24,441 nucleotides of DNA from Bugula neritina (Eukaryota; Animalia; Bryozoa). The position numbers and the translations under genes are program-made. Every line of letters begins with the position of its first letter. Position 1 is the first letter of the stretch. Below, piece by piece: positions 1-14,708 of this stretch. A model generated the notes under the pieces. That model was not told the DNA's origin. It worked only from the letters and a program-made list of their open reading frames with translations, and did no database searches. The stretch spans positions 1-24,441 of the forward strand of contig CAXIUT010000081.1 of NCBI GenBank assembly GCA_964035545.1, given 5' to 3'.

Positions 1-76
1 CCCAACCCCAACCCCAACCCCAACCCCAACCCCAACCCCAACCCCAACCCCAACCCCAACCCCAACCCCACCCCAA
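1..76. repeat. Left telomere, (CCCCAA)n
   Basis: Tandem CCCCAA from base 1, with one variant unit lacking an A near 67-74. This is the C4A2/T2G4 repeat typical of oligohymenophorean ciliates. Confidence 0.98.
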
Positions 77-153
77 ACGATGTCATCGATAAGAAAATTC
101 TAATCAAATAATGAAGATATAAAAAATAATATGACTAACACTTTTTTAAATAT

Positions 154-1392
154 TCAAATTAAAGCTGAAGAGTTGAGTTTCCATGCCGGTGAGGAGTAAA
201 AAGTAGGTTTGCTATAATTTGAAGCTCCCGTATTTCTGGCTTTAAAAAAAGGCTTTTATTAAGGTTGCTTAGCTTGGCTATTTTGATTATTAGGAAGATT
301 TCGATTGCTGTTAGATGCCCGCATGTACTTGCTTCCTGGTTCTATTACTGTCTGCATTTATAAATTTTTGCCAGGATGATCTATTTTATGATTTCTCGTT
401 GTTTTTGAAACTCCATATCTTTCAAAATAGAGAGAAGATGTTGCTTTTTAACCTTATCTCTTGTATCTAGGATATTTGGAGTGCTAGTTATAACTTTGGT
501 CTTTATTTATTGCTCTTGAGCTACTACTTTTTTATGATTTTAAATCGCCTTTTTTCAAATTAGCTCTACTAGATTTAAAATATTCTATATTATCTATGAT
601 ATCATCTTCGTTTCGATGATTGGTTTGGAAATAATGTTTTATTTTACGGATATTTACTGGAGATTGAGGATCGACCATTGGAATGTATTTAAGATTACTT
701 ATATCTGGTTGCTTTATTGGACTACTTTACCAAGACTAGTATTATTCACTATTTTTCCTTCTAGGAGTTGTCTTTGCTTCTGATTCGATACCATCATTAT
801 TATACTGATATCTTGGATCATTTTGTGAATTAACATCAAATGCATTTCTGGGTTGAATGGGTGCTCCGACATATCCTCTAAGTTATTCTTTCAATTTCTT
901 TTATTTCATGATGGAATTGATGCTTTATTCTAGTTTAGACAGCCTATCAAGGACAATATCTTCGAACTAGTCACTATCTTATAAAGCTGATTCTGTGACT
1001 TGCGCTCTACTACTTGTATGATAATGACCGTTAGAAGTTTATTTAAAATCAGGATATTTGGAGGGTTGTTGTTTATTGAAAGTTTGAAACATTTATTCAT
1101 TGAGTTTAATATTAAGGTAGGGGTTGAAATTGTCTTGTTGATTATATGAGGAATGAGAAGTATCTGATGCTTCTGATCTAAATGAATTTTATATCTTGAT
1201 ATGACTTTTTCTATTGTTATGGTTTGATTTATAATCTGAGAGGTCATGATGATGTTTGAATCTACTGGTATTAGGAAAGTTTTTTCTATTCTTTTTTAAT
1301 TGTATCCAGGCAACTATCATAAAATTTTGTTGTTTTAGTTCAACGAAGGTTTCTAAGGATTCGATTACCTCTTCCAAAGATTATTAGTTCAT
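154..1392 (-). CDS. Hypothetical protein, 412 aa, low complexity, intronless
   Basis: ATG at 1392 (MNEESLEEVIESLETF...) stays open under TAR=Glu to TGA at 154-156, 1239 nt. No recognised domain. Confidence 0.75.
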
Positions 1393-1575
1393 TTAATTAT
1401 ATAGTAAATCGATAATCTCATTCAAATTCATAATAACTATAACATATTAAATCATTAAAGAAAATTGATCAGAGACTATTGAATGAGGTATTAAAGTTGT
1501 TATCTATATTTTATTGATTGTTTTATTAATGTTTTGCGTTTATTGATTGACGATTTCTATAATAATTTGTAACTT

Positions 1576-4170
1576 ATGGACGAAGGGCAACCGATATAAC
1601 TGAATTATAAATAGATTGATTCTCTTGAGAGATAGTTTCAGCAGGTATTTTCTAATTGATTTAGATCCTTGTTGAGTTAGCAGGAGATCAATCTCTAGTC
1701 CGTTTCAAACATTAATATGATAGATTATACCGTGCATTACGTCGTAGTCACGATAACGAACGTATTCTTTATAACAAAATTACATAACTATCTAGAGATA
1801 TTGCCAATCAAACAGCTAAATTGAGATTGGCACTTAAAATGTCACAAGAAGATGCTCAAGCTATTGCTTATTTAAAACAATAGTTAGAAAAAACATTTAA
1901 AGTATTAGAACTATCCAAGGAAAGAGAAGAAAGAGCTAAACAAAAAATAGAAAGTATGAACTCGAAAATTGGTATTTTGGAAAGTAATCTACAACAGTTT
2001 CAAGCTAAATCAGCTGGACAGTCTAATGCTATTAATGATTTAAAAGAAAAAAGAGAACAATTAACTAAAGGTATTTTATGTTTTATTTAGAAAAGGATGA
2101 ACTAAATGATTTCTTGGCTAAAGTTAAAAGTTAATTATCTGAAAATTATGAAAAATTAAGATCAGTTGAGGCATAAAAAAGCTCTACCCAATCTTCTTTG
2201 AAAAGTTTAGAAAAAGATATTCAATAAATTGAAGAAAAACTAAGAAAAGATGAAGGTAGAAAGGCTAAGATCCAAGAATAACTTGATAATTTAGCTAGAC
2301 AAAGAGATAGTGCAATCGGTTAAGTGAATAAATTTCATAGTTAACAAGAAAAGTTGAGTATTGCTATTCAAGAAAAAGAAGTATAAATTTAAAATTCCAA
2401 TAGTGAACTGCAAGAACTTAGAAATCAAACTGAAATAAAGCAGCAAGATATAAGAAAGCTTAAAGAATAATTTATTCATAAAACAGCTATAAAAGGAGAG
2501 CTAAATAGACAAAATATAAAGCTTGAAAAAGATAATGAAACATTAGGTAAATAATATAATGCAGCTGTTGGAGCTACATCTTCATATTAAAAACAAATAT
2601 AAAAATTAGGAACTGAACTAAGAAAGAGTGAAGAACAGTTTGAAACAGTGTTAAAGAATAACAAAATGGTTGAAAGAAGTCAGGAACAGCTGAAAAGATA
2701 AATTATCGATAGAAAGAAACTTAATTTTAGCGAGAGAGATGCTGTTTAGTAACTTGAAAAAGAAAGATCTATTTTAATGAGACAACTAACTGGATTATAA
2801 AGAGATTTCAAAGGATATAATTAAAAATTAACAAAAAAATAAAAATAAATTAGTACTTATTAAGATAAAATAAAAGAAGGTAATTAGACTATTTCTGGAC
2901 TTGATAAGACAAAAGTAGAAATTCAAAAGTTAAAAGAAATGTATGGTAAGAAAGCTGCTCTGGCTAATTCAAAATATCAACAATCTTTGTAAGAAATTAA
3001 GTTGAAGGGCAACTTGATCAGTGAATATCAGAAGAAAAATATATAAACAGAAAATAGATTGAAAGAACAGCAATAGATGTATGAATCTGCAAGATCTGCT
3101 AGAAATACTTATTCTAAAAATTTATCTTAAACTGAAGATTAAATAGCTTAGATCAAGAGAAGATACAAAATTGTTAACCATCAGATTAATCAGTTGAAAT
3201 AATAAATATAAGCTAAGGAAGTTGCACTTGCTAAAGAACATTTCTAGCATAAAAAGAAAGATCAGACTTTATTGGAACATAGTAGATAATTATAGAAGAA
3301 AAAGAAGGAGATGGATGCCAAAAGATAAATAATAAAAAACTTTTCGAATTAAATATCAAAACTTCATTCTAGTATCAAACAACTGTAGACTGAAAGACAA
3401 CATAAAAAAGATTAATATGAACTTATTTTGGCAGAAAGAGATATTCTTGGAACTCAATTGATTAGAAGAAATGATTAGTCTGCTCTTCTTTATGAGAAAA
3501 TCAAAATACAACAGTCTACTTTGGCTAGAGGTGAGACAGCTTTTCGTGAGAGATTGGCTGATTTGAAACTTCTTGATTATAAAACAGGAGATCTTAAAAG
3601 AGAGTTAAAAATATTAATGAGATAAAGTAGTAAAATATCTCTTTACAAGAATGAAATTTATGGTCTTCAAAATGAACTTATTGAATAAAAATTAAAAGTT
3701 AAAGCTCTTTCTTAATAACTTTAGAATCCTTTGAACGTACATAGATGTCGAAATTTGTAAGGAACTGATCCAGATGTCTACTAGATGAAGTAAAAGATAA
3801 AAACTCTTCAGAAGAGATTGATTTACAAGACTGAACAGGTGGTCGAGAAAGAGGTACTTGTTCATCAAAAGGAAAAACAAATCGAATAGATCAGATAAAT
3901 TATGAAACGTCAACCAGGATTAGATGTTGCTTAAAGTCTATCTATTCTACAAAAGAATTTGAATTCCAAAACACGTAAAATGAAAGAATTTGCAGGTGAG
4001 ATCAATATGTATCAGGCTAAGGTATTTTAATTTTAATATAGACTAATCAAATGAAATACGATACTGAAAGGATCCAGAAGGAGATCCAATAAATTAGAAG
4101 GAAATATAATGAACAGAAGAAGAGGGAACAGATTAACCAGGAAAACTAAAAGTTACTGAAGATGGCATGA
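1576..4170 (+). CDS. CFAP58: Cilia- and flagella-associated protein 58 (CCDC147), coiled-coil, about 844 aa
   Basis: Motifs ERDILGTQLIRRNDESALLYEKIKIQQS, ARNTYSKNL and EELENPLNVHRCRNLEGTDP match CFAP58. Three 20-nt GT-AG introns (1645-1664, 2071-2090, 4022-4041) give a spliced length of 2535 nt. Confidence 0.93.
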
Positions 4171-4201
4171 TTCATATCCATATTATAAATGTATATTATA
4201 G

Positions 4202-4876
4202 ATGCATTATTTTCCTAATCAAAAAAACCTTCCATCCAAAAATAAATTTTCATACGCTACAGCCCAATAGTATACAGATCTAGTTAAGCGTTCAGTTGAA
4301 AAGCAATTAGTTCATTCAAAGTCAAGGCGAAAGAGTTCTATTTTTTCTCCTTTGAAGATCTTTCCTGCTTAGACAAACATCTAGTCTGAAGCATTAAGAC
4401 ATTAAAAATTAAGATAAAGAATAGGTAGGAGAAGTCAATCAAATAACAGTCGATAAATGAGTATTCCATCAAAATAGATCAGTAGATATAAGCTAACTTA
4501 ATCTGATTTGAAAAATGAAGGCATAATTGGGAAAAGGTCTTCTCAGAGGCAATATACAACCTATGAGAAAGAACATCTTTTGACTACTTTGGAGAAATAA
4601 AATAGCAGTCTTCTTTAGGATATCAAAAATGCAGAAAGAAAGATCAAGACAACTGAAATTTCTATAATAGAACAAAGAAATAGTCAAAAAATGCAAAGAT
4701 AGTTCTATTAACAACAAATCAATAAATTAAGATAAACTCTTGAACTACAAATTACTTCAAAATCTGACTCACTGCAAGAACTATCATAAGAGTGTAGTTT
4801 TGGATAGGAACTTAAAAATTATATGACTGGTAGTTCAAATTAATTTCTTTCAAATACATTTCAAAAAGATTTATGA
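4202..4876 (+). CDS. Hypothetical protein, 224 aa, C-terminal coiled coil
   Basis: ATG at 4202 (MHYFPNQKNL...) to TGA at 4874-4876, open under TAR=Glu. It fills the gap between two clear genes. Confidence 0.7.
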
Positions 4877-4902
4877 TATTTTATCTATTTTCTGTGATAC
4901 TA

Positions 4903-5904
<1,002 letters not shown>

Positions 5905-5967
5905 TCGATCCAAACTATAATAAACTATTATCAAAACAACAAATATAAAACAATAAATATCAATCTA

Positions 5968-8311
5968 TCAAATCTATCTACCGTCTATAAGAACATTATT
6001 TTTCCACAAACCAGACAACTTCTTTCCTCCTATATAGGTGTAAGTTCCTTAACCATTTCTTTGCATTTATTTTACTTGTCCAATATATTGCTAGCCATTG
6101 CGATATATCATTTATCCGAAGACAAAATTATCTTCAATGAATTATCCTTTACAGATAGATCCAGCTGAAAATCTTAGTTCTCCTTATCCATGCATCTAAA
6201 AGTCACGATTTATTTTTCCTTTATAGATTCTTCCTCTTTAAAAAATCATCTCAACTGAACCCACTGGATCCTAGCCATCCCATATTCCACTAATACGGCA
6301 GCCATTGATCAAATATGATCCATGACCCCATTTCTTTGCCATTTTGAAAGTTCCAATAAATTTTTAACCTGAAGGCTAAATTATTATTCCAGAACCATGT
6401 CTTTTACCTAAAAACCACTCTCCCTGATACATACTACCATTAGAATAGATATAGGTTCCTATTCCATGTCTTTTATTTTATTTTAATTATCCAATATATT
6501 TATTTTTACCACACCATGTTCCTTACTTTTTGACTCCTGCTTCAAAAATGCCAAGAAAGTGTTCATTGTTATTCCAATAGTAGAAACCTTATCCATGAAA
6601 CATATCATCTTTGTAGTTTCCATAGTAATATTAATTATTTTAGAATATTTAAAGTGCCAAACCTTTTCTTCTACCATTTTTGAATTATCCATAGTAAATA
6701 TTGCCATTAATCCAGACTCCTTGATATCCTAGTTTTTTTGCTATTATTCTTGGTTCTTCTAGACAACTAGAAAGTGAGAGTTGATAGCTATTGATTTTTC
6801 TGTTGAATTTCTAGATTGAGCATTAAATGTTTTATTCTTATTTGTTATGAGGATTAACTTTGGAAGATGATGAACTTGTATACTATAGAGAAGATTAATG
6901 AGATTATCTTCTTTATCTTTAAGGAATATGTTGATTATTTATTGTATTTTGATTTCTCTATGATTATTTAGTTGGTTTATTTCTCTAATGAATCATATTG
7001 TTTGCTTAATTTTGTTTATTTTTCTATTTTCTCATTCGATTTATTTCATTCATATATGAATTATAATCAGTATTTTATGATTACTAAGTGTGAATAATTA
7101 TCTAATTATCTATTTGACTACTTTTTGCTTTTGTATCAATCTATTCTTGATTCTTTGATGATTTATTTGGTTCGTATTTTGGTTTTGTGTCTAAATACTA
7201 GGAATAACTTCTTTTTTCAGAGATTTAGCTGTTTTTTGGTGACTTTTATGATTAATTTTTTATTAATATTTTATCATTATGATATTTTGGAGTTATTTAT
7301 TAGTTATTCTAATTTATTTAAGACTATTATTTCTAAGTTTAAAGAATTTAGATATCAGAAGATCCACCAAAAGTACCTCTTTAAAATTAATTACTCTTTT
7401 ACTATTATTTTTTATCAATTTTGATTAACTTTGTTTATGATATTTACTACCAGGTGGAGAATTAGCTTTTTCTTTACTTTTTGACATTTTTTGATGAACT
7501 AATGCTTTGATATTTTAAGTCATATACATTTTTTTTGAAAAAGGATTAACTTGATCAATCCAAGATATCAATCGCTCAAGAGTTACTCTTTTTTAATGAT
7601 TTTATATTAGCATATTTTGATTATTGCCATAATTTTGACTGAATATATTTTTGATGCGTTTTTTATTTTTTACTATAGAATTATTTCATCTATTTTATAT
7701 TACTTTCTACTATAGATATCTCTTTTGAAATCAAGAGGATTCATTATATTAAGGATAAGTCCTCCAAGAGAATAAACTGATGAATTTAATTCTTAGTGAT
7801 TCAGATTCTATAGTTGTTCTGGAGCTGGATAGAACTGATACCAGTTATTCTTTTTACTTTATATTAGACTTTGCATATTGTTCATAGTAGGATGGAAAAC
7901 CAACTTAAAGATATCAGAATTTATCCTTCTGATTGAATATTATTTGATTAGTCTGTGTTCATAGCCTGAAGATCGAATTAGAAGAAGTGCTTTGGCTATT
8001 TGCGATAGAAGTTTCCAAATTTATTATTCACACAAAACCATATCTGAATCTTTGTGGGAAAGGAAGTAATTATGAAGAGATTATCCTTATTGAAAAATGT
8101 ATGATTTATTCTGATAAATAAAAACTGGACTGATATTGCCTGATCTGAATATACTATCTGGTAGAGTCTTATTTGACTCAATAACCAAATATTTTGAGTG
8201 AAATTTATGCCCGTATGCTTCACCTATGAATGCCTATTTAACATTGTTGAAGAGTGGAGTTGTTATTTTTCTTTATTGTAGATGTAGGGTTTCAAAAGTT
8301 TAATTTATCAT
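5968..8311 (-). CDS. N-terminal degenerate kinase-like domain, low-complexity linker and C-terminal MORN repeats
   Basis: About 10 MORN-like repeats in 5990-6730 (e.g. [37 protein letters not shown]). The N-terminus reads [42 protein letters not shown]. Homopolymer frameshifts occur near 7615 and about 7530. Treating this as a single gene is an inference. Confidence 0.7.
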
Positions 8312-8349
8312 TTTTATTATAAAACTGATAATTATAAATGATTATTTAA

Positions 8350-10740
8350 TCAAGTACTTATATTCTTCTTGTGTTTGTTGCGTCCTGATTGATTGGCTTA
8401 TTATTATTACTCTTCTGCTTAGATTATTGGAAGTGTTTTTTCGTATTTTCTTTTAGGAGATCCTCCATAACCACTCATCTGAAGCTAATTTATATGATTT
8501 CTATCTTTTACTTTTTTAATGGCGCTTCCTGTCTTTCCACTATTTGGATTTGAAAGTCTAATCTATGGTTAGTATTAGAAATTGGTATTTTCTTAAAGTG
8601 AACTTCGATATACTTGTGTTAGGTTAACTTTGTAGAATAGCTAATTATGCAAAATTAAATCCATTTTATCTATCTGGAGAAGAATTTTTTGATCGAGATA
8701 TTCTACTTTAAGTTCTTAATTTGATACTGAAAATGTCATCGTCATCGTTTTTTTTTTATTTACTGAATTTTTATTGAAGTCTAGGAGATTGTGAAGATTT
8801 ATCTCTTGACATTTTACTTTATAAATTGTTAAGACTACCAAATTCTTCTTCGTCTTATGATTTTTATTCAATCAAAGAAGGTGGTTTAGTAAGAGCTATT
8901 TTTGTTGAAAAAGGGACATTACTGTTATCTGGTTTCGGACTATCTTCATCTGATTATTTTTTTGATTTTTGAGAATTTCGAATAAAATGTTCAAAAGAAG
9001 TTCTTATGTTGTTGTCATTTGGAGTAGTTGCTCTTGAATAAGAATCTTCATCAACTTCGTCAATTTTTGCGATTTATTTTGTTAAAATTTATAGAGATTT
9101 TTTTCTACTTGAAGCACGTTATGATGGTGCTCCTTCTTCTGATGTAATTGATCCTTTTCTATTTTTTTGATCTTCCTCACTTTTTTTATCAGGATATTCA
9201 CTATGAATTGAAATATTGACTTCTGATACATTATGAGAGATGCTTTGTTATTGTAAGTTAAAACCTCTAAAAGAATCCTATCCTTAACTTTATTTCTTTT
9301 AAGATAATTCTGATCTTCTTTATCTATTTGATGGGCTAGATTGTTTTGCTTTTGAACTTGTTTTCTTTTATTCTTCACCTATGCTTGATATAACTAATTT
9401 TGCTCCAATTTCAAAAAATTTCTTTTCAGGCATTTTTTAATCATTTTATTTCTTTTCTTTTTAGGTCGAAATCTTAATTTATGATTGCCTACAACTTTAT
9501 TCAAGTAACTCTAATGTTTTAAATACCTCTTACTCACCAGATGATTGTGATACTTTATCTACTTCAATTGAAACATCTCCTTTCATAGTTCTTCTTGAGC
9601 GAGGTGATTTCTGATTACTACTAATTTTTGAATCATTGAAATATTCAAGATTGATAGATGAGTTATCTGGGTTGTATTCTTTAGGAGGTGTTGGATTTTG
9701 TACTTTTATTTTGAAACTGGTATCACCATATTGATTTTTCGAATGACTATTGGTACGATGATGTTCAGCTTTGAATATATCTTCTTGTGTGATGATACCT
9801 TCATTATTTTTAGGATTTAAATTGGTCATAAATGGTTCGGTTTGAAGCTTTCCTTTTAGAATTTATAAAATAGCTGGCTCTTGAAAGTTAAAGTTTGGAT
9901 TGTTGTTTATGACTTAAGGATTTTGATGGTATTTAGGTTGTACTTGTTTTACATTACTTTGTTGGATAAAATTGGGTCTTACTGGAGGATGATATTGATA
10001 GGCTTATGAATATATTTTATGATCACTATATGTGTTTGGAGGTGGATATTGAGGATATGGTACTGGAACATAGATAATATTTTTCTTTTGTTTTTTTTAA
10101 CATTTTAAGTTTTAAGTGATTTCTTTTTATATATTTTTTCATTCGATTTCGATCTATCATAAAATAGTTTTTTATGAGAAAGAGTTCTTTTCATTGAACT
10201 TATCTATATTTACAAAGTCTATAACTCATGATTTATTACTACACTTTTTCTTCTTCTTTATTATTTTAATTTTTTCTTTTTCTTATCGAATTCATTTGAT
10301 AGTTTTTTATATCTTTATTTTTGTTTATTTATTTTATGCTATAAATAACTAGTTTCTTCAAGAAGACCTTCAATGTACATTTACTTTCTTTTGATTATTT
10401 GCTTTTTTGATTGTTGTTGATATGATAAAAAGAGTACCATTTTTTGAGTAGAAAAAAGATCTTGAATATCTTCAATTGAAACTATTTGACTTTAACTATA
10501 AGAGTTATTATTTTATTCTTATTAAGCTTGAAGATTTCTACCTGATGCTAGAGGTAGATCTTTGAGAAGTTACATTGATTTTTGGCTATATCGATTACTT
10601 TCTAATTATCTGAACCCATTTAGAGCTAGAGAACTTGATACACTTAAAGAGTTATTTGTTACAAGTGAGGCTGAAGGATATTTGAGTGGAGTTTGATAAA
10701 ACGAATCGAAATGACTAGATGATGAATTTATTGTCGACAT
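8350..10740 (-). CDS. Hypothetical low-complexity/coiled-coil protein, about 796 aa, with a Pro/Tyr-rich patch
   Basis: ATG at 10740 (MSTINSSSSHF...) and TGA at 8350-8352; contains IIYVPVPYPQYPPPNTY. Compensating homopolymer indels are needed internally. Confidence 0.65.
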
Positions 10741-10798
10741 AATTTAATTAATAAACTATTGCTTTCTTTAATTTGTGATAATTTAAAAAGACATACAA

Positions 10799-12580
10799 TC
10801 ATAATTCCAATTAGTCTTATTATGTAGCTAAATTAGCTGATTTTGATGAACTGCCTTTGCTGATCAGTTACAAATATTGGTTAGGAGTTACAAAATTATG
10901 AGAAACATAGATTATTTGATATATGCTTTCAAATTATGATAGAGCTCTCATTTCATTGTAACCAATTGCTGAATTTAAGAACACTATGAGTCTTGGTCTA
11001 TCTTTTTTATCATTATCTATGCGGATCTTTTTCAAACCTAGAGTAGGGGCATTTTTGACAGCTGATTTTGAGTATTTGTCAGCTGCTGCTCCTACTCTTA
11101 AAAGTTTTAAATCTCCATGGCCTTGGTTTGATATTTATCGAACAATTTATTCGAGTGAAGATTGATGTCTATCAAGAATTTAATTTCCTTTGTGTTATTT
11201 TTTAGGATTTAATCTATAAGCATTAGGACCAACAAGTTTAGTAATATTTCTTTAGATTCCTTAATACTTGGTTTTTTTTAAGAATTTACTCAAAATACTT
11301 TGATCTTTTTATTTTAATTAAAGACACATTAAACCAATCAGTACCAGCTTTGCTTTTTATTTATTATCTATCGATTTTTCAAGATAATTAACTAGGTTAC
11401 TAAAGGCATCTTTTTCTTTAACTTTTTTACCATCTTAATTGGTCATCGATAGTAAAGATTGTTCAAGAAATCCTTGTTCTTTTAATTTCATATCTTCCAT
11501 ATTTGAAAGAATCTCTTCAAGAGCTTAATAGTGTAGAGTATATCTATCTTTAACATCCATATATTGAGGCATCTTTTTCATTACTTCAGAAAGTTTATTA
11601 ATATCTAGTTATGCTTGTTGTTAATTTTTCTGAAATTTAGCTGCTGCATGAGATTGACTAAATTCTTCAAAATCATTTGGTATTCCTTTGAGAGCTTGAC
11701 TTATATGCGAAGTTTTGTATTTTTAGAAAATTTCATCATTTTAATTCAATGTTAAAGTCTTCTTATCTTTTCCAAAATTAGTTACTTTATGATTTTCAAT
11801 GTTTTTCAAGTCATAAAATAATGGACCATAGTGATAGTCTCTTACCAAAGGACTAACTGCATCATAAGAACGATCAAGAATGAGAAAAGTCGTTAATGGA
11901 GCTGAACTATTATAATTAGGAACTGAAAACTTTTCAAAGGTTCTGAAAAGATTTTAAAATCTTTATTTGAGTCCTAAGGCGACCTTTTATGGAAAACTAG
12001 TTGATGAACTTTTTTGATAATATATTTCCACAATATAGAAGGCAGATAAAGTTGTAAGAATACTAGAGAGCTAATCAACTGTAGAATCAACGAAAAATGG
12101 TCCTTTTTCAATAGATTTCTGGAAAGAATTTTCTTCATAACTGCTTAGTTTGACTTAATTATGACTAAATAGACTGAAATTAAAATTAATTTATTTTAAA
12201 GTTTTGATTCTTTTCGCAAGGTTATTAGTTTGTGACAATTTGTCCATAATAGTTGGTGATATTTTAGAGAGAGTGAGAATATGAACTGATTTATAGTGAG
12301 GTTCTTAATCATCAGGAAAATCTTAGATAAGTAGATCCATTGAGCGAGGACTGATCAGATAGACAGCTTCAATTTGTTTATATTTTTTTCTTTTGAGTTA
12401 TAGTTTTTAGACAATCGTGATACCAAAATTAATGAGTTCCATCATTTTAATAGTGCTGCTTAACACCTTTAATCCATAGTTATCAACAATGAGGATAAAA
12501 TTAAGAGTATTACTGACTACTCTTACTGAATCGAATGCTACTTTTAATCTTTACTTGCACTATTCTTGAAGGCTATTCAT
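10799..12580 (-). CDS. Sec1/Munc18 (SM) family protein, about 593 aa
   Basis: FILIVDNYGLKVLSSTIKMMELINFGITIVEKL..EAVYLISP, RIKTLKEINFNF and TFLILDRSYDAVSPL match Munc18/Sec1 motifs. 1782 nt, no intron seen. Confidence 0.9.
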
Positions 12581-12682
12581 CTATAATTTCTTAATTTTAA
12601 ATTGATAGATTTTGTTAAGAAATAAAGAATTTAATATAGCAAAGATTAACTGTTTAATATAAGACAAATAAAACAATCACTG

Positions 12683-13302
12683 TCAGGGATTTTGTTTCTG
12701 GATTGGAAGAAAGAGTTTGAACTCTGGGGGAAGTTCTTCTTAACTGTAAAGTCTATCAGAAAAGTAAATTCTTCTGATTCTACAGTTGGCATGAATAGTA
12801 ACTCTTAAAGTCTAAATATAATTGCTTCCATAGGCTCTTCTAGTAAAATCTGATAAATTGAATTGAATCTGATTCCAGCCTTAATCAAGCCTCATAGGCA
12901 TAGTGCAGATGAAGGGTTTAACTCTTGTAGTTGATTGATAGTTGGAGGCTCTAAATCTTCTTCTGACATTTTTATCATCTAAAACCTGAACTTCGAAAGT
13001 AAAGTATTTTTTCAGCTGAATAGATGGGTAAGTACATTTTTAATAATCATGACAAGAAAAGGTAGTTTGATTCCAAGAGTTTAGTTTGGATTTTGAGGAC
13101 AGGTTATGAAGGCAGTGGTTACATTCGTTCCCATGATTTAAAGGACTGATGATTGAATATCTTGATCAGTGAGTCTTTTGATGTGTCCGTTGTGAACTAT
13201 ATTAGGAAGAGGTTTACTTTGTTTTTCCCAGATTTGAAGTGGTTTACTTCCAATACTGTAGAGAATGGAGAGGAAGCCTGATTGATAAGTGTTTTTGAAC
13301 AT
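12683..13302 (-). CDS. CFAP20: Cilia- and flagella-associated protein 20 (BUG22), 192 aa
   Basis: Near-canonical sequence [25 protein letters not shown]...[37 protein letters not shown]...YIETLRV...[18 protein letters not shown]. Introns at 13197-13217 (21 nt) and 13016-13035 (20 nt). Confidence 0.97.
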
Positions 13303-13448
13303 TTATGAAACTTCTAAGTTATAAAATTATAAACTTCTCCCGAAGTTTTCTCTACAAATATTCTGATTCCATTGCTACTGAACTTCTCTCATTGCTTCTT
13401 CCAACCTTTATCACTATCATTACAAAATACAGGAAAAATCTATTTGAA

Positions 13449-14708
13449 TCATTTCTCTCTTTAAACTTGATTCCGGCTCTCCATCACTTCATCAATCAGC
13501 TCCATCTCGTCAGAACTCTTCAATCTATCTTCAATCAGATCGTTCACTTATTCAAACTAGACGTTTTACTCGATATTGATCCTGCTTGGTTCTTCGTGTT
13601 AGTTGAAATGGATATCATGGATCTAGTCAGCTTCTAAAGAAAAGGTAAGGTGGTTCGAAGGTTGCTGAACTGAAACTTCTTTTATTCCTACTTTAGGAGA
13701 AAAGATTGGATTATCAAAATTTTAAGGAGGAAAAAGCTCAGCATTATTATACGATTCCATAAGATTGTGGTTCAATGAAAATTCAGTCTTTTAGTTGTTC
13801 TTTAAATCGGTATAGCACTATCTTTCTTCAAAACACTTTTACACAATGATACATCCTCCTATTGGAGAAATATACTCTTACTTGACTGATATTTCTTAAG
13901 ACAAATGCTAGCAATCTTACATATTTTGAACTAAAGATTACTGTTCAGACTTGAATCTTTTCAAAGTAGGATTATGAGTTCTTCTTTCCGTATCTTTGTA
14001 TCGTCTGAAATATTTATTATCTTCGTATTCTTGACTAGATGATAAAAAATATACTTGAACTTAGTGATAAGTGAGAAGATTTAATTGGTTTGCTGTCGGA
14101 TAGCTTCGATATTTGTGTTTTGGATGTTGAGTTTAATGGGTTTGAACTTGGCAAATTCAAAAATGAGAAGAGGAAGATCTAGATAATGAAGAAAAGTACT
14201 CTTTAAAGATTGAATAAATTCTGACTAAGAATTTTACTGTTAGTAGATGTAGCTCATAATGGTAGAAAGAACAGAAGGTTTAATTTATCTCATTTGAGTG
14301 GTACTATTTTTCTATCCAATGATTTTGTTCAACCTTCTGAGACTTCTTCTTAATGTAGAATAGAAATGATTCTTGATATCGTTGTCAGTCCTGAATAGAA
14401 ATAGATAAACCGGCCTTCGAAGAACTTGGAGATATCTTTCCATCGATTCCCATAGTTTTTATGATGTCGAAATAGGAGTTCTTCTTCTCTATCACTCCAG
14501 GGCTATTTATTAACTTCAGGAGAGAGGTGGTTATACCATCTCTATCTGCACTGCTTGCCTGTCCTTCTTTACTGACCGAAATGATCTCTAAGTTTGTATG
14601 CTATCTTGGTCCAATCGTCAATCCCAAATTCTTGAACGAGCTTTACAATGGCTTAATCTTACTAAATTAAAGGAGTATTACCTCAGGAGTCCAGGACTGT
14701 CTACTCAT
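13449..14708 (-). CDS. R2R3 Myb DNA-binding protein with acidic C-terminus
   Basis: WTPEEDEAIVKLV..W..IA..RTGKQCRERWYNHLSP..WSDREEELL..GNRWKDIS..GRTDNDIKNHFYS. 20-nt introns at 14662-14681, 14391-14410 and 14035-14054, plus a probable 21-nt intron at 14179-14199. The 3' end is the first in-frame TGA and could shift if there is a read error. Confidence 0.88.

Noticed and set aside
77-120. Shared chromosome-breakage motif near telomere addition sites (CGATG-T-CATCG at 78-88; TGTCA near 24336 and 24361)
   Set aside because: It is absent at the 19247 end and not at a consistent distance or orientation. Three ends are too few to support a motif.
9511-9526. Possible 16-nt intron gtatttaaaacattag on the minus strand
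   Set aside because: It reads through in frame (EVFKTLELL) and does not fit the 20-nt rule.
13303-13451. TGA read as Trp (context-dependent stop), suggested by plausible-looking frames past TGA here and near 14877, 19903 and 24270
   Set aside because: Conserved Trp residues in CFAP20, the kinase, Myb, THOC3 and Rab are all TGG, and no TGA lies at a conserved internal position. With a single stop codon, long chance open frames are expected.
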